A DNA stretch of 59,623 nt, the filler included, from Dimargaris cristalligena (lineage: Eukaryota): assembly GCA_003614675.1 (NCBI GenBank). It is 5 parts of 5 records of this genome, joined end to end, with 100 filler letters (N's around TTAATTAATTAA, not from the genome) between each part and the next. Parts side by side here need not be neighbours in the genome. Positions count along the whole stretch, not along the records: positions 1 to 11,878 come from ML003077.1; positions 11,979 to 23,822 come from ML003078.1; 3 more parts are not named here. The stretch is one strand, 5' to 3'. A model generated the notes under the pieces. It did no database searches. It saw only the letters and a program-made list of their open reading frames with translations, and was not told where the DNA came from. A program made the position numbers and the translations under genes. Shown here in pieces: positions 1 to 12,953 of the stretch; positions within the stretch are counted from its first letter, which is position 1; each line of letters begins with the position of its first letter.

Positions 1-679
1 GAGTGATTAGTGCGAACTCCGGGAGGCCTGGCCGGTTAAGGGGCTATCAATGATGTTCGGCCTGGTTAGGGCCGGGGGGTACACTATGGCGCTATACGGC
101 CTGATATGATGGCGGTCATATCGGTTGGATTAGGACGGATTAGGAGGGGCGACATGTAAGTAAAACCTGTAAATCACTAAATAGTAATGTCACCTAGTAG
201 AGTTAATTAATTAGCACTGTAATAATTTTAACTACCGAATGTCCGCCAAGGGTTTTTTTGAGTTGGTACTGGGAGATGTAGTAACATAGGTCATATGCCC
301 CCCCTCTAAAAAAAATCAGCATTGACGAAATATAAAATACGCTTTTTTTTAATAAATTGAGGGCCTTTACAGCTGTGGGGCACCTGGGTATAACATATAG
401 TAATTATTAACGAGACTAGATTCTGCATTTTAATAATCGTGTTGGGAATGGACTATTTAATTAATGAGAAAAGACCGACGGATTGTCCGATAAACAAGCC
501 ATGGGCAATGGAACTGCCGAGTGTGGCTATAAAAATATAAAGAAATGCCCCAATGAAGTTAAAAATGGTAATGGTATAAAATATGAAAGTAGAAGGACTA
601 AGTCGGCTGGTGCAGATTTGCCAACTTTTAGATGGATAGTGGGATATGTAAGTGATAGAGTAGGTAATGAAAGGGTTCC

Positions 680-3177
680 CTAATATTGCGGTCGTTGGAC
701 ATGGCATACCCAGTGGCGATGGTACATGTCGAGTCTCCGCCGGGATAGTAAGACTTTAGGATGTAGGTGGAGCAAGGCGACGTTCCTTTTGGGTTGATCG
801 GGGAGAGTAAATAGGGTACTAAGTGATTGGCTAATGGTGATATCGGGCATATTCATTTGGGCCGAATAGGGTGAACGAAGAGTCGCCCCAGGAAATGATA
901 CAGGGGGACTTTGGATAAAGCCCGCCAAGAAATTCTTATTCAAGACATTGGCGCCCACCCAGTGTTTCCTCTTGAGCTGATGTGGATTGCCGAAACTGGA
1001 AATAGCATGATGAAGCCGGTTCAGGGGCCCCACGATTAGGTGCGCCTCTCCCAGAGTGTTTCGACTCTGTTCTTCGTCCGTCAACAATAGTTGCCAGGGT
1101 AATATGGCCTCAAATAATCGATATTCATCAAAAAATGGCGGCAGTCCCACGGCCTTCTGGCGTAACTCGTTGTTCGATAACACTAGTCTCGCGTTTGTGG
1201 GGTAATACTCGAGGATGGGAGACTGGCTGTCAACCATCAGGTTCGCAAATGCCTCCGGTAGACACGACAAACAGCCGGCGGGAAAGATTGTCATTAACTG
1301 CTCAAAGGGCTTGAGGGGCTGTCCCTCCAGAAACTGTATTTTCATACTAGCGACTTCCTTGATATCAGCAGCCAACGGGGAGTGATCGTAGGGGTAGAAC
1401 CATGTCCACGAAGGACAGCCCTTGTAATAATAACGAAGGAGCCAGCACATGCCCTCAATGTAGGCTTTTGCCAGACGGCCCCGTAATTCGGACTGGCCAG
1501 CTGGCTCGACATCAAATACTTTCGAATAGTACGTTTTGTATAAGTTATCCAAACTAGGCATCGCCAAGTTTGGTTTGGCGATATTTTTCGGGGATATTTC
1601 AAGGCAGGGAGCGGACACTGATAACGTACCTTTCGGGGCAAGAATGACATTTGCGCAGGAGAAATCCGGCTTATTTTTGCGATGACCCAGGTACCTCCAC
1701 TTGATGGGCTTCACTGGTTTGTTAGTCAATGATTTCTCGCGCATGGCAGCTTTAAAACGCTTCATGTTCATATCAAATTCTTTCGCTTGGTTTTTGCTTA
1801 GGCTTTTCGGTCGGAACTCCACGGAAGCATCGTCACAAATACCGATAATATGGCAGCACTCACTTTCGGCTAGGTTGCATAACATCATTTGCAAAAACCC
1901 AAGATCAAGATTACAACCGTGTGTCAAATAAGTTCCCCGTTGGGCAAAAATATCCTGCCAGATTTCGATTAAGTCCCCGAATCCTCCTGCTTGTCGTTTT
2001 AGATGAGGCAATGCAGGCAGAAACGGGCAGTTCGCCATGAAATAGAGAAAGACCCAATCATCTATAGTCGCCTCCAAGTGATTCCCGTTCAAAGGTTGTT
2101 TGCTGCCACTGAGTTCGACCTGAAGGTACTCCCGTAGGACATCGATTTGCACCAAACAGAATTCACTGCCCACCGGATTCACCCAGCCATCAAAATGTTC
2201 CCGCAAAATGGCGAAGTGCGGCTCGTGGGTGATAAGGGCCAACATGATCAAATCGGCGTCGGGGCCATAGAGAACGTGGCGGGTGTTGGCCTTGTAACAG
2301 TAGGATGTTCGCTGGGCCCGAATAAAGTCCATGACTTTGTGCCTGGCCTCTCCCGGAACGGCGGAGTCAGAGATGATTACCTTGATGGTCTGCCAGGCCG
2401 ACTCCCTATTAATGCACTTGGCTACGTGGTAATGGAGGCAACTGGTCAGGTGGGCCATGAACGAAGTTCCTGGCGCAATCAGAATCGGCTCCGTTTGAGT
2501 TGTAGAATTATGGTCTACCATGCCAGACTTTTGTTCCACTTCCGAAAAGATCCACTCCGTCGGCCTGGCTGGGGGGCCTGGCTGGAAATGTTGAAACTGT
2601 CGGTGGCGCATTACAGCCCGGGGCACCACGCCATCCACCGCAATGTAGAGCAGATTTCGCGGTCGAATAAGTGCGAACAGATGGTCGATGTACTCGCAAA
2701 TGGCGACCATTACGTGCTCCTCAGTCGGTGGGGCAGGCTAGGGTAAAAAAATAAGCGGATTGGTATTAACGTATCGATAGATGAATACGGTTGGTTAACA
2801 AGCAAAACCTGACTGTTTACGTATTGGGTATAATCAATTTCTAGGGTTGGGGAACACTCATTGCTAGGTCATTACAACCCGGTTTTGCTATCTTATTGAT
2901 TGTCGATACTGGCCTGATTTTCGGGAGCTTTCCATACCGGTTGTTGGGCAGTGATAAAATATTTGCTACTTACTTTGTGTTTCGGGTGACAGCACGCACT
3001 GATGATACCCGTCAGGTCAAGATACAAATTGTCGACGATACGGCCGGTTGGGGGCGGGAGGCTTAAATCAAGCGGCGCTCTGACCCCATTGTAATCTTGG
3101 GCGAAGTTTTCTGTAATTGGTAGTATGGCCAACGGAAATTTTTGAGTAATCCATTTGTAAAAGTCCGGGGTTTTCAT
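680..3177 (-). CDS. XRN2/Rat1-like 5'-3' exoribonuclease paralog with degenerate active site (exons 3177-2974 and 2737-680, ~753 aa)
   Basis: N-terminus MKTPDFYKWITQKFP...PPPTGRIVDNLYLD matches the XRN2 start. The intron GTAAGT(2973)...TAG(2738) joins HPKHK|PAPPTEEHVM in frame. XRN motifs AVDGVVPRA, PGE-RHK, YGPDADLIML, YYYKGCPSWTWFYPY and PFEQLM are present. A possible extra donor (GTATGC, ~709) makes the C-terminus uncertain. Confidence 0.9.
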
Positions 3178-4679
3178 ATCTATGAGTAAAATAATGGTTC
3201 CGGAAAAGTCCGACCCGTCAATAAAAGACAATATAATAACTACTAGGGTGGAGTAAACTCCCATAAAGCCGGCTCGATATTAGTTAAAACCGAGTAACAG
3301 AATAATCAAATGCACTGTTCGGCCGAAGAGGACTACGCTTGATGTATATTAACGATAGTTGAACGCCCTCCACTTTCTTAATAACGTATTTTGGCGGGTG
3401 GGGTGGGGAGGATACTAGTTTGTTGGTAGGGCGGCGTAATCACACTGCATACTCTTGCGTGCCACTTCTTTCATGTAATATATAATGTAGCTATATGGTG
3501 AAACAGTGGTGGGAAGCATGGGTCACACCAATGGGGGAAGTGGATTGGCTAAGAAAACAAAAGGCTATGTTAGATTGCAGCTTTCTTGACTGGGCGATGG
3601 TAAGGTGGATTTGCTATACTGAAAGTCAATCTCGAATGCCTGTAGAGCATAATGACATTAACATCGCGAGGTATATAGATTGTGCAACCAACATGCAATC
3701 AATCAAAAAACCGTAAATCTGGTTTTAAGCGGATGTTTCCTTGGGAGCTATTCTAGGCAGGCCAGATTGTTCATCAGGCCGGCAGAATATTTATGGAACC
3801 AGTGATTAATGTGATCTATTATGATGGATAATCTACGACCAGGCTATTGCCCTGGTCGTCACTCGAATCTGACTTTTTTTACCTCAGCCTCTTTACCATG
3901 GCAATATCCAATGTGCCTTCGTGATCAGTCACTTAGCCCACCCATTCCTTTAAGCAATCATCTACCATACTCTCACTGTTGGTCCAACTGTCCTCCCGGT
4001 TTCCACTAGAGTCTTCCTGCTAACAGCGGATATATTAAAGGCACCTGTATAGATATTGGATCATTTTCTTACATTGTTCCCTTGTATAAATATGCCGCTA
4101 CTAAAATCCGTTGTTACTCGGCGTATTCATCACCACAACACGGCCCATCGCAGGAGACAGAGTAATAATCATCAATATTGTGCATTGTGATCATGTTAAT
4201 GGTAGCTTATCAGGAGTACCCAGCAACGGCCAAGCAGTACATGGGGCCGAGACCACAACGGAGGTGGAGCTTCCCGCCGTCGGGCAGCACCCCGATGGTA
4301 GAGAACCCGACTACACTTCCAGGGGCAACCTTGAGATACCTGCGCCAACTCCGATTCCCAGGGCTAAACACCCCGGACCATGACAGTGAGATGGCTAACT
4401 CCACTCCCAATTCGGACTGAGGTGAAGGTTCTCAACACGGGTATCAGGGGCGATTGCTTGTGCTCATCCTTTGCTTGAACCAATAATCCTCCAATTTAAA
4501 ATTAATGCCCGACCGACCACAATAACAACCCTCAGATGATCATTGGCCCAAGCTGACCATAATTTATTTAAAATATCTCAGTAGGCCATGTTCATCTCAT
4601 GAGCGGTTGTTCTGAGCATTTGGTAGAGGCCCACTGCTGAGACAGGCTAGCTTTGGCCGCTGAGTAACACTCCGGAGGG

Positions 4680-6590
4680 TTAGTTGTTAGACATGCTGTT
4701 AAACCGATTAATGAGGGAGCCAACGCGTCCGCTACTGATACTCGGCATAATATCAGGGGTGGGCCGACTACTTGGCACTGTTGGGCGAGAGTTCATTCGG
4801 ATTCTCTCGGCCCGATTTCTTTGGAGTCGAATTAGCCACTCAGGCCTTGGCGCGAATGGCCGTAGGGTGTCCGAGGTGGCGGTGGCGGTGGCGGTGCTGG
4901 TGCCAGTGTCGGTGTCGGTAGTATCAGTACGATTCGTTAGCGGGCTTGAATCTACAAGATCCGACAGTGGTACTCTGCTAGCTTGGTCTGATAACCGTGG
5001 CGTCGAGGCTGGTCTCAGTCGAGCTCGGGCCTCCACCAGATCCACCTCGGGCTCGTGTCCCCCCAGGGCGCTGGCCTTAAGTTTAGAGAAAGGTGACGGG
5101 TCAATCACCGTATAGTAAAGGTCCCTATGCTGGGACCTTTCACTCAATTCGTAGTCGGCGGGCAGGCCCAAGAGGTGCTTCGGAAAGTTGGAGAGGAGCT
5201 CCGGAAAGTTCAGGGGGGTAGATAGTTTAGGGCATCCCATATGGTCGAACCAATGAATGGCCTGCTCAGCGACATTCAAATAGGCGGGTTCTAATGGATA
5301 ATTCATAGATACACAGCATCGAAGCAGCCGGGCGGCTTCGTAGTGTCTCCATTGGAGACACATGAGAAAGAATCCCAAATATTCCATGAAATCAAAATAC
5401 CGTGTCTGGCCCGACCCCGTTACCCCGTCATCTGTTGCGACTTCGTTGACCTGCAGGAATTGCCTTAGGGAATCCACGTCGTTAACGAGAATAGCAGCAC
5501 GGATGCAATCGGTCAAGATCATGACTCCGGTCATCTCAGTGAGATGCCCTTCCTGGTGACCGATATTAAAGCCATCATTTAGTAGGCGCAATCGAGTATT
5601 GGCAATATCCACGGCTAATCCGCCCCGCCCTTCGTAAACCAGAAAGGAGGATAGAAATTGCATACGGATGCCGTCGTCGTCGAAATTGTTGATTTTAATG
5701 ATGGCTTTGTCCATTGGATTGTCTAGGGTGGTCGGCACGAAGTACTGGGAGTCAAAGTCGTAAATCAGCTGTATAATCTTGTCCCCTGGTCCGGTTTGAA
5801 TAAGCTTCCGAATGCCCTCGTAGATTTGGATATCCTTGACACGGCTTACATAAGGTCCAAAAACTGCCACCGACTGGGTTTTACGATTAACGATGGTGTG
5901 GGAGTGGTGAGGGGAAGTTGGTATAAAGTTGCATCAGTAAAATTCTGAAAAGGAGGTGTAAAGCAATTCATAATGCAAGCGGTAGATATCCAAATAATAA
6001 TATCTAATAGTGAAAGTCAATACACCCTCCCTATGGCCAGCTATAGTGGAGGGCCGTGGGGTAGCATCACCCATGGCACATGTGTTTTAAAATTATATTG
6101 CGGAAATGCAGTCACGCATGCTCCGTCCTTGCGAATCGAATGCTTTTCCAAAGTAAAATTACCTCTATTCCCTAACTATACGCAACATAGGTTCTATGAA
6201 ATATTCTACGGTACTTACCCTTTCAATCAGTTGATTTATTTCGACTGTGCGCGCATCGCGGTCGAGGCTTATATCCTCCGAAATCGACAGGAAATGTTTG
6301 ACTGGCTCGAGAATGTCAGGGAGTCCAATTATTTCTAGAGGAAACACATACTGGTCGCCATACTCCGGTAACCCAACCGGGTCCTCTTGGTCAGCGTATA
6401 GTACTCGAAGGGGAAATTGGGATCCCCCCGGCTGCGCCAATGAATCTTTATAGGATGGCACCGGTCTCTCTTCACTGTAGCCCGGGGGTTTTTCCGAGTG
6501 AGTATAGTCGGTATAAGTGACCGGACCCACGTCGGTACCCCTGACCTTGCTTTGGTCCTGGTCCGTTGCTGTATGGGTATCTGCGGGCAT
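4680..6590 (-). CDS. Orphan protein (~520 aa) with N-terminal PY motifs and a low-complexity C-terminus (exons 6590-6219 and 5873-4680; start may lie further upstream)
   Basis: The 141-aa and 396-aa ORFs join in phase 0 via donor GTAAGT (6218) and acceptor CCCAG before TCG GTG (5873). No family recognised. Confidence 0.65.
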
Positions 6591-8412
6591 GGATATGTTC
6601 AGCTGCGTGGTGACCCAGTGGGCTACTTAGGATGTATATAATATAAGTCGGTATGTGCCACAAGGATGTTTAACGGTAATGGCTAGTTTAGCTGTTGTAG
6701 ACTTGAAAATAGGGAATATTGAATATGAAATACCGAGCAGAGCATTAGGTACAGCTATGCGTGAATATACAGCTCGAAAATACAGTTAGGGGCAAGGTAG
6801 ATGTATTAGAAATACAGGTTGTTAAGATTGGCCTAAGCAGCGGGCACTGCTGCTATTAGTCAAACTAGTGCTTTGGCAGTACACCGGGTGTTTTACCAAG
6901 ATGGTGCAGAGGGTTATATGGGCAGTATATGAAGTACTACGCAGGTATTAAGCACAGAAAAAAGACTGCTTGGACAATACCAATAGATAGCTAAATGGTA
7001 GAAAAGAGAAATATGATAGTAAGTAAAGGAAAGGAGGAGAGGAGGAGAGGCTAAGGCGGGGGAGACTGTATTTTTTAGAATGGATATCAGGCAGACCCAA
7101 GCGACCCTCTCTCCATTAGTATAGCCAATTGGCCAGGGAGGGTCTTCATTGTCGCCTGCTCATTGTTGAGCCTAGGCGGAGCCCTCTGTTCCCATCTCAT
7201 CCCTTTAAATACGATCGCCAAGCACCGTGATCAAATACCCTTGTTGAACATTTAATCTATGCTATAGTACTCCGTAGTAGTCTAAGAAAAGACAAATACT
7301 GCCCTTCTTTCCCCGCCAACTGGTTATTCTCTGATATTTTCCGTCGATGCCGGCTAGGCTAAACGTAGACCCCTATTTCTCAATATACATAACCGTAAGC
7401 TGGTGTAGGCTGGGAGGGGTTATGCGTAATCTAATTCGATTTTTCAATTTGGCCACCTACTCTTCACCCTCGCCCCGACTTCCTCCTTATTCTCGTCTTT
7501 TGACTAACGGATGGGTCCCAGACTTGTTCCCTACCCCTCCCCCTTCTTTGGTTCAATTCCATTAGGCTCGATTGTTCGAGACTTATTGAGAATGCCGCAG
7601 TTCTTGTTGTAGGCTTTAGCTTGGCACAAATGGACGCTTGGTTGAACTCGCCGGCATTAGCCGTACCCTCCATCTTCTCCGCCTCGTTCTCCATTATCTC
7701 TTTCAGTAAAGGGCTGCTAGACTGGGGTATCAACCAAACTACCTGTTCATTCTAATTCACAGCAAATTAAGGGAATGGAGAGAGTAGGCACTTGCCTTTG
7801 TTGTTCCCAACTAGCCAACTGACCAACACTCCGAAGGGAGAATCGGAACCATTATTAGTTGAGCCGAGAAACTCCATGGACCTCTGCTGTGCCGTCCGAC
7901 GTGCCATTATGGATTATTAAAAATATAGGCAGATATGTGTATATAGACACCTAAACCTACAACCTTCAATCTAATTCTGACACATACTGCAGAGCTGATG
8001 TCTAGACCAACCCATTGAAATTGTCTCCAAACAAATGATATAAATAATAAGATTTTAATGCGAAGGTCAATTGAATACCGATGTACGCCGTCTAAGTTCA
8101 CTATTTTGGTTGAAACCCCTCCCCTCAGTCTGTAAAGGACCTAAATAGCGCCTACAATGTTAGTGAGGGGAAGTTGTCTGGGTTCCCACTACGCCTATCG
8201 GTGGCTGGGCTGCCTATTCCAAGGCCTGTGAAACGCTTCCTTGAGTCCACAGCCCAGCTATTACACAATGAGGATATTCCGCTTAAAACCACATTCTATT
8301 TTATCCTGCACCATTAACCCCAGCAGGCTTCCCCACCTGCTAAAGCACTACTTAATACTTATATCCCACTATGGGATATATAAATCGTATGCTTTACTGC
8401 TGTTAGACTCAT

Positions 8413-8548
8413 GGGAAAAGTTCAACCAGGCTGCAAAATGATAAATCCGTTGGATGAGGCAAAAATCACTGGTTAAAAACGATTCTCCTACATATTTCCC
8501 CATACGTGCATCATTCAAAACCTTATACAGCTGCACCGAATTCCACCC
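8413..8548 (+). mobile_element. ~136-bp MITE copy (diverged)
   Basis: GGGAAAAGTTCAACCAGGCTG...CAGCTGCACCGAATTCCACCC aligns along its length with the copies at 41185, 41325, 43556 and 46785. Confidence 0.8.
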
Positions 8549-8744
8549 ATATTGACACTACCACCCTTCCTCTCTACTTTGCCCAGTATCTAGTACTTCC
8601 TTCCCTTTGTCATTCCGACTAGTGCCCCATTGCTTGAAATTTTCGCTGACTTTGTATCCCCCTTGTCCACCACTACTCCCTTCCCCAGTCCCAGACCTCT
8701 CTTCTCTCCGAAACTCCATACCCCGCCAGTCCCAACCAACGGTT

Positions 8745-11372
8745 ATGAATATGGTTCCGTTTTCCGCAAATGACGGGTTTCCTACTGCCACATCCGTGCA
8801 ACAGGTAGGTTCCCTGTATCCATGCACCGAGCCCCACTGTTAAGTCCGCCCATGAGGGAGTGCAACTTCTTGTTGGAGACATGGGCCCGTTGGATGTGTA
8901 GGTTATATATCAAGAAAGAAAGATGTGTGTAGGCTTCGTAGCCGTTGACTAACGGAAAAAGCCCATGCCAACGTTCGTATATGCTCATTATGTAGCACGC
9001 CGTGGAGGAAGATATATACCGCCAATATACATTTCACCTTGCGGGTGATATGGAACCAGACAATGCCACCGTAGCAGAATCCACGGAGCGACCCCGGCGT
9101 TCTTCTAACACGTAGGTTCCCCATACTTCACAAGCCAAAATCAGCGAATTTTATTTTCTCAATTCACCTAAAAAACTCCAGCTAATCTCATACTAATCTA
9201 TGTGCATTAAAATCGATTATTTGATGAACGGGGGGGGGTGATTTAACTGTAACACGAACTTGTTCGCTAACTTTAGTTTGACTCTTAACCGCCAAAGCCA
9301 TATCGATTATCTGAACCGGCTTTTGAAAGGGGTTGGACCGTCGATGCAGTCACTCGACTCGGGCAAACCGTGGTTCAGCTACTGGTCCCTTAATTCGCTC
9401 GCCATGCTTTCAGTCGACATTTCTCCGAGCCTGCGCAGTCGGTGAGTGCTTCTTAATTTGAATCATTGATATACCTACCGGCATTGGCTGTTTCCGAATA
9501 TCATGTCGGTATTTGAGCACCGTTCAGAAAATAGCATTAGATAAACGAGTCCCTAAGTGAAGTCAGGAATGGGTAGACACCTTCCGCGGGACTGACATTT
9601 CATCGTAGAAGCCACTAAAACCTACATGTATGTCGCCACCACACATTCATCTTTTTAGTACCATTGCCACACTTGCTCCGTTACAGCTGTCCGGAGGAGG
9701 GTTCGGCGGCCCCAGTCAACTAGCTCATTTGGCCGCAACCTATGCCGCCGTTTTGGCCCTGGCCATTGTGGGCACTGAGGAGGCCTTTACTTTAATCGAC
9801 CGGTAAGTATCCCTAATCATACCAACTTTATTGTCGCCGCCCCTTGTACTTCTAAATCATAATGTTGTGCCGTATGGCATTTACCCAAACTGGATTATAA
9901 TAACGCCTAACTAATAATTTTGGAAAAAATAATACTAATTGTACATTTTGATTAGAGATAATTTATACCAATTCCTCACGAGTATGAAGCAACCGGATGG
10001 CTCCTTTACCGCCCACGTGGGCGGGGAAATTGATGTGCGGGGCTCCTACTGTGCTATGGTTATAGCGGCTATGACCAATCTCCTCACCGACGAGCTATGT
10101 CACAATGTGGCCGAGTTTATTGTGAATTGCCAAACATACGAGGGGGGTATCGGAAGTCATCCCGGCGTGGAAGCCCACGGCGGGTACACCTATTGTGGCC
10201 TAGCGGCCCTTGAAATCTTGGGGCAATCCCATTTACTGAATCTCCCCGCTCTTATCGTAAGTATATTTTTACCACTATGGATGCCAAATAGACGTGCCTT
10301 TGTGGAATTCCAAGGATTTTTTCTTGAATAATGGCCTTTCCCTAACATATGGCTACAGCCATTAAGTCACAATATACTTTACTAACTATGCCTTAATCTG
10401 TCCTCTGAGATAATAGAAGTGGTCAGCGGCGCGGCAGATGAGTGTAGAGGGTGGCTTTAACGGGCGCACCAATAAATTGGTGGATGGTTGCTACTCCTTC
10501 TGGGTGGGCGGTACATTTCCCATTATTGAAGCCAACATTCGCCGGCAGTTCTTAAGGGCAAAGTCCAACAACTTGGACAAGGAACACGCAGAAAGCGAAC
10601 AGCAGCTTTTAGGTAATTATCTGCAGTTATTGTTTTTTCGCAACATCGGTCCTACAGACAATATGGCCGTTATAAGCACCTAATATTATATTGATATAGT
10701 GTCCTATAACCCACCTTACTAATGAGCCCCCGTTATTCCCTTTTATTAAAACAGAGCAACTGGATTATCTTTACGACCGAGGTAAGTCACACGAATGTGC
10801 TTTTGATTTTGCAAATCGTCACCATTGCATCGAATACAGCCATTAACCACGAGTTATGTGATACAAGCCCGCCTCTTTACTAGATCCTCTAACCATACCC
10901 AATGCATTGTGCAATTCTCCCGTCACTTATTAAAATGTTACTAGAGGCTCTTCAAAGGTATATATTAGCCTGCTGTCAGGGCTCCCAAGGTGGCTTGCGA
11001 GATAAACCCGAGAAATACGTTGACCCCTACCATACTTGCTACGTCTTAGCCGGGCTATCGCTCTGTCAGCACCATGTGATTGACGATTCGCTGGGTCAGC
11101 TCCTTGAACCAACCCCCGCTCCTAAGGCCCAGGAGGACGGATCCCAGTCGCCACCCTCGGTGTCGTCGTCAACCACCGGACCAAACCCTCGACCATTTGC
11201 CTTGTCCGCCCTTCAGACGCTCAAATGGACAGTCGACGTCGTCGACCAGTGCGTCGTAGGCCCCCCTACCAATTTGCTGCGGGCCGTACATCCCGTATAT
11301 AACATCCCCCTCAGCAAAGTATCCGGAATTTTCAAGCACTTTTACGGCTCTGAAGTGGTCTCGGCATTATAG
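8745..11372 (+). CDS. RAM1: Protein farnesyltransferase beta subunit; 8 exons: 8745-8804, 8996-9111, 9277-9441, 9659-9802, 9956-10256, 10417-10612, 10755-10781, 10945-11372
   Basis: Prenyltransferase repeats (GGFGGPSQLAHLAATY, GEIDVRGSYCA, EAHGGYTYCG, GRTNKLVDGCYSFW, GGLRDKP..D.YHTCY). All junctions are GT-AG and keep the frame. Confidence 0.95.
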
Positions 11373-11878
11373 ACCCATAAATTATCGTAACTGATTATCT
11401 TTAGATACCATCATCATGCAATCGTATTTGAGTATATATTCATAATATTAATATAAATATATAACAGTGCCTCGACTTCTGGGGATTCAATAAACCCTGC
11501 CTGGCTAGGCCAAATGACCTGATGGCTATTGGAATATCAATACCATAGTGAAGCATCCGCTCCAAAACCAAATCGGGCATAAAAAAATGATATTAAAATG
11601 TGACAAGTCACAAGGAGAGGGACGTTGTTACTGCGGATGGAATGATAATGGAATTGGGAAGGAATAGTGCGAATATACACCGACTTCTATTCATAGAATC
11701 AAAAAGGTTATAGCATCAACTATTCCCAAATGGTCTCCCACCTAAGTACTAAATCGACTGACAGCTGCTTAAGTACGCAGATCTAATGGGATACGCTGCT
11801 GAAAGCTGCATATGGCCATAACCGAAAATTCGCGTTTAGCTATTATTATACATAAAGTCGAGCATGGAAAAGGGAGTG

Positions 11879-11978
11879 NNNNNNNNNNNNNNNNNNNNNN
11901 NNNNNNNNNNNNNNNNNNNNNNTTAATTAATTAANNNNNNNNNNNNNNNNNNNNNNNNNNNNNNNNNNNNNNNNNNNN
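11879..11978. other. Artificial contig spacer (44N-TTAATTAATTAA-44N)
   Basis: Identical 100-bp structure occurs four times, with a palindromic TAA-rich stop linker in the centre. Confidence 0.97.
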
Positions 11979-12953
11979 AAAATACTAATAATTACTAAAT
12001 TTCTTCCCTCAAAATACATCAACACTTAACACTCTCTCTTCAATGTCACGCCTCCCCATTCGTTCCTCTGGACCTAGCGTCCCACCTTCGTCCGGCCCGG
12101 GTACACCGCCATCCACGCCCCAGCGTTCTGCACTCGAGCAAGGTACGCCAGTCTGTAATCCGAATCCTAGCGGTGTATTAGATGATCCCGACGCCAACAC
12201 ATAATCAGGTAGCATCGAGTAGGTCGCTAGGAAGATATACAATGTGACAGTGGCTGTACTGATAATTGACTTATTAGCCTTAAGCTACCTGCCCTTGGTG
12301 CTTATTGCGGCCTCTTTGTAAATCGCTTAACAATCCTCAAATAGAATGCACAGACATTATCCCAATCGGGTGCCTGAGTCCTAGGTTGTAGAGAATTTAC
12401 ATAAAGGCCTTACTGGAAACCGTAACAGTGGTCCTCGTAGTGAATTATACACTAGTCGCTCTGATCCCATCATCTGATTATTCGATAATCTGAAAAGTAG
12501 CTTGGGAGATCACTTATTAATTAAGCGCGGGCCCAATGAGAGGCTGGAAGTCAAGTCGTTTATACAAGATACGGGGAAAACAGTAGCTGGGTAAAGGGAC
12601 AGCTGTAGACGAAAAAAAAAGCGTCAAAGACATTAAAGAAGGGGGCTTCAAAAGATCATTCTATGAGTAGAGCAGTATAGGAAAAGTAAAAGCAAATGCA
12701 TTCAAAAGATTCATCAGGCGTGCTTGGTTAATAAAGCATCACGCCAATGGTGTTGGCCAAGCACTTGCGAACGGGAAGTGGCGATAAATAAAACGGTGCG
12801 AACAGCGAGGGGCCAAACGTTATTTCAATCCATTAAATCCAAAAAAAAAAGGAGGGATTGGGGTGTACAAAAATTGCATTAAAATAAGAGGGGTCCGATA
12901 GCTAAGAGAGGATCCCGCTGGGCAAAAGAACATCGTAAAAACAAGGTGACAGG

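Noticed and set aside
4111-4420. Short ORFs of 80-90 aa (also 7464-7733, 12009-12242, 16547-16855, 48195-48791)
   Set aside because: No recognisable motif, clear splice structure or codon bias; not supportable as genes.
11923-11934. TTAATTAATTAA palindromes as a biological repeat or regularly spaced site
   Set aside because: Always centred in identical N padding; it is an assembly concatenation linker.
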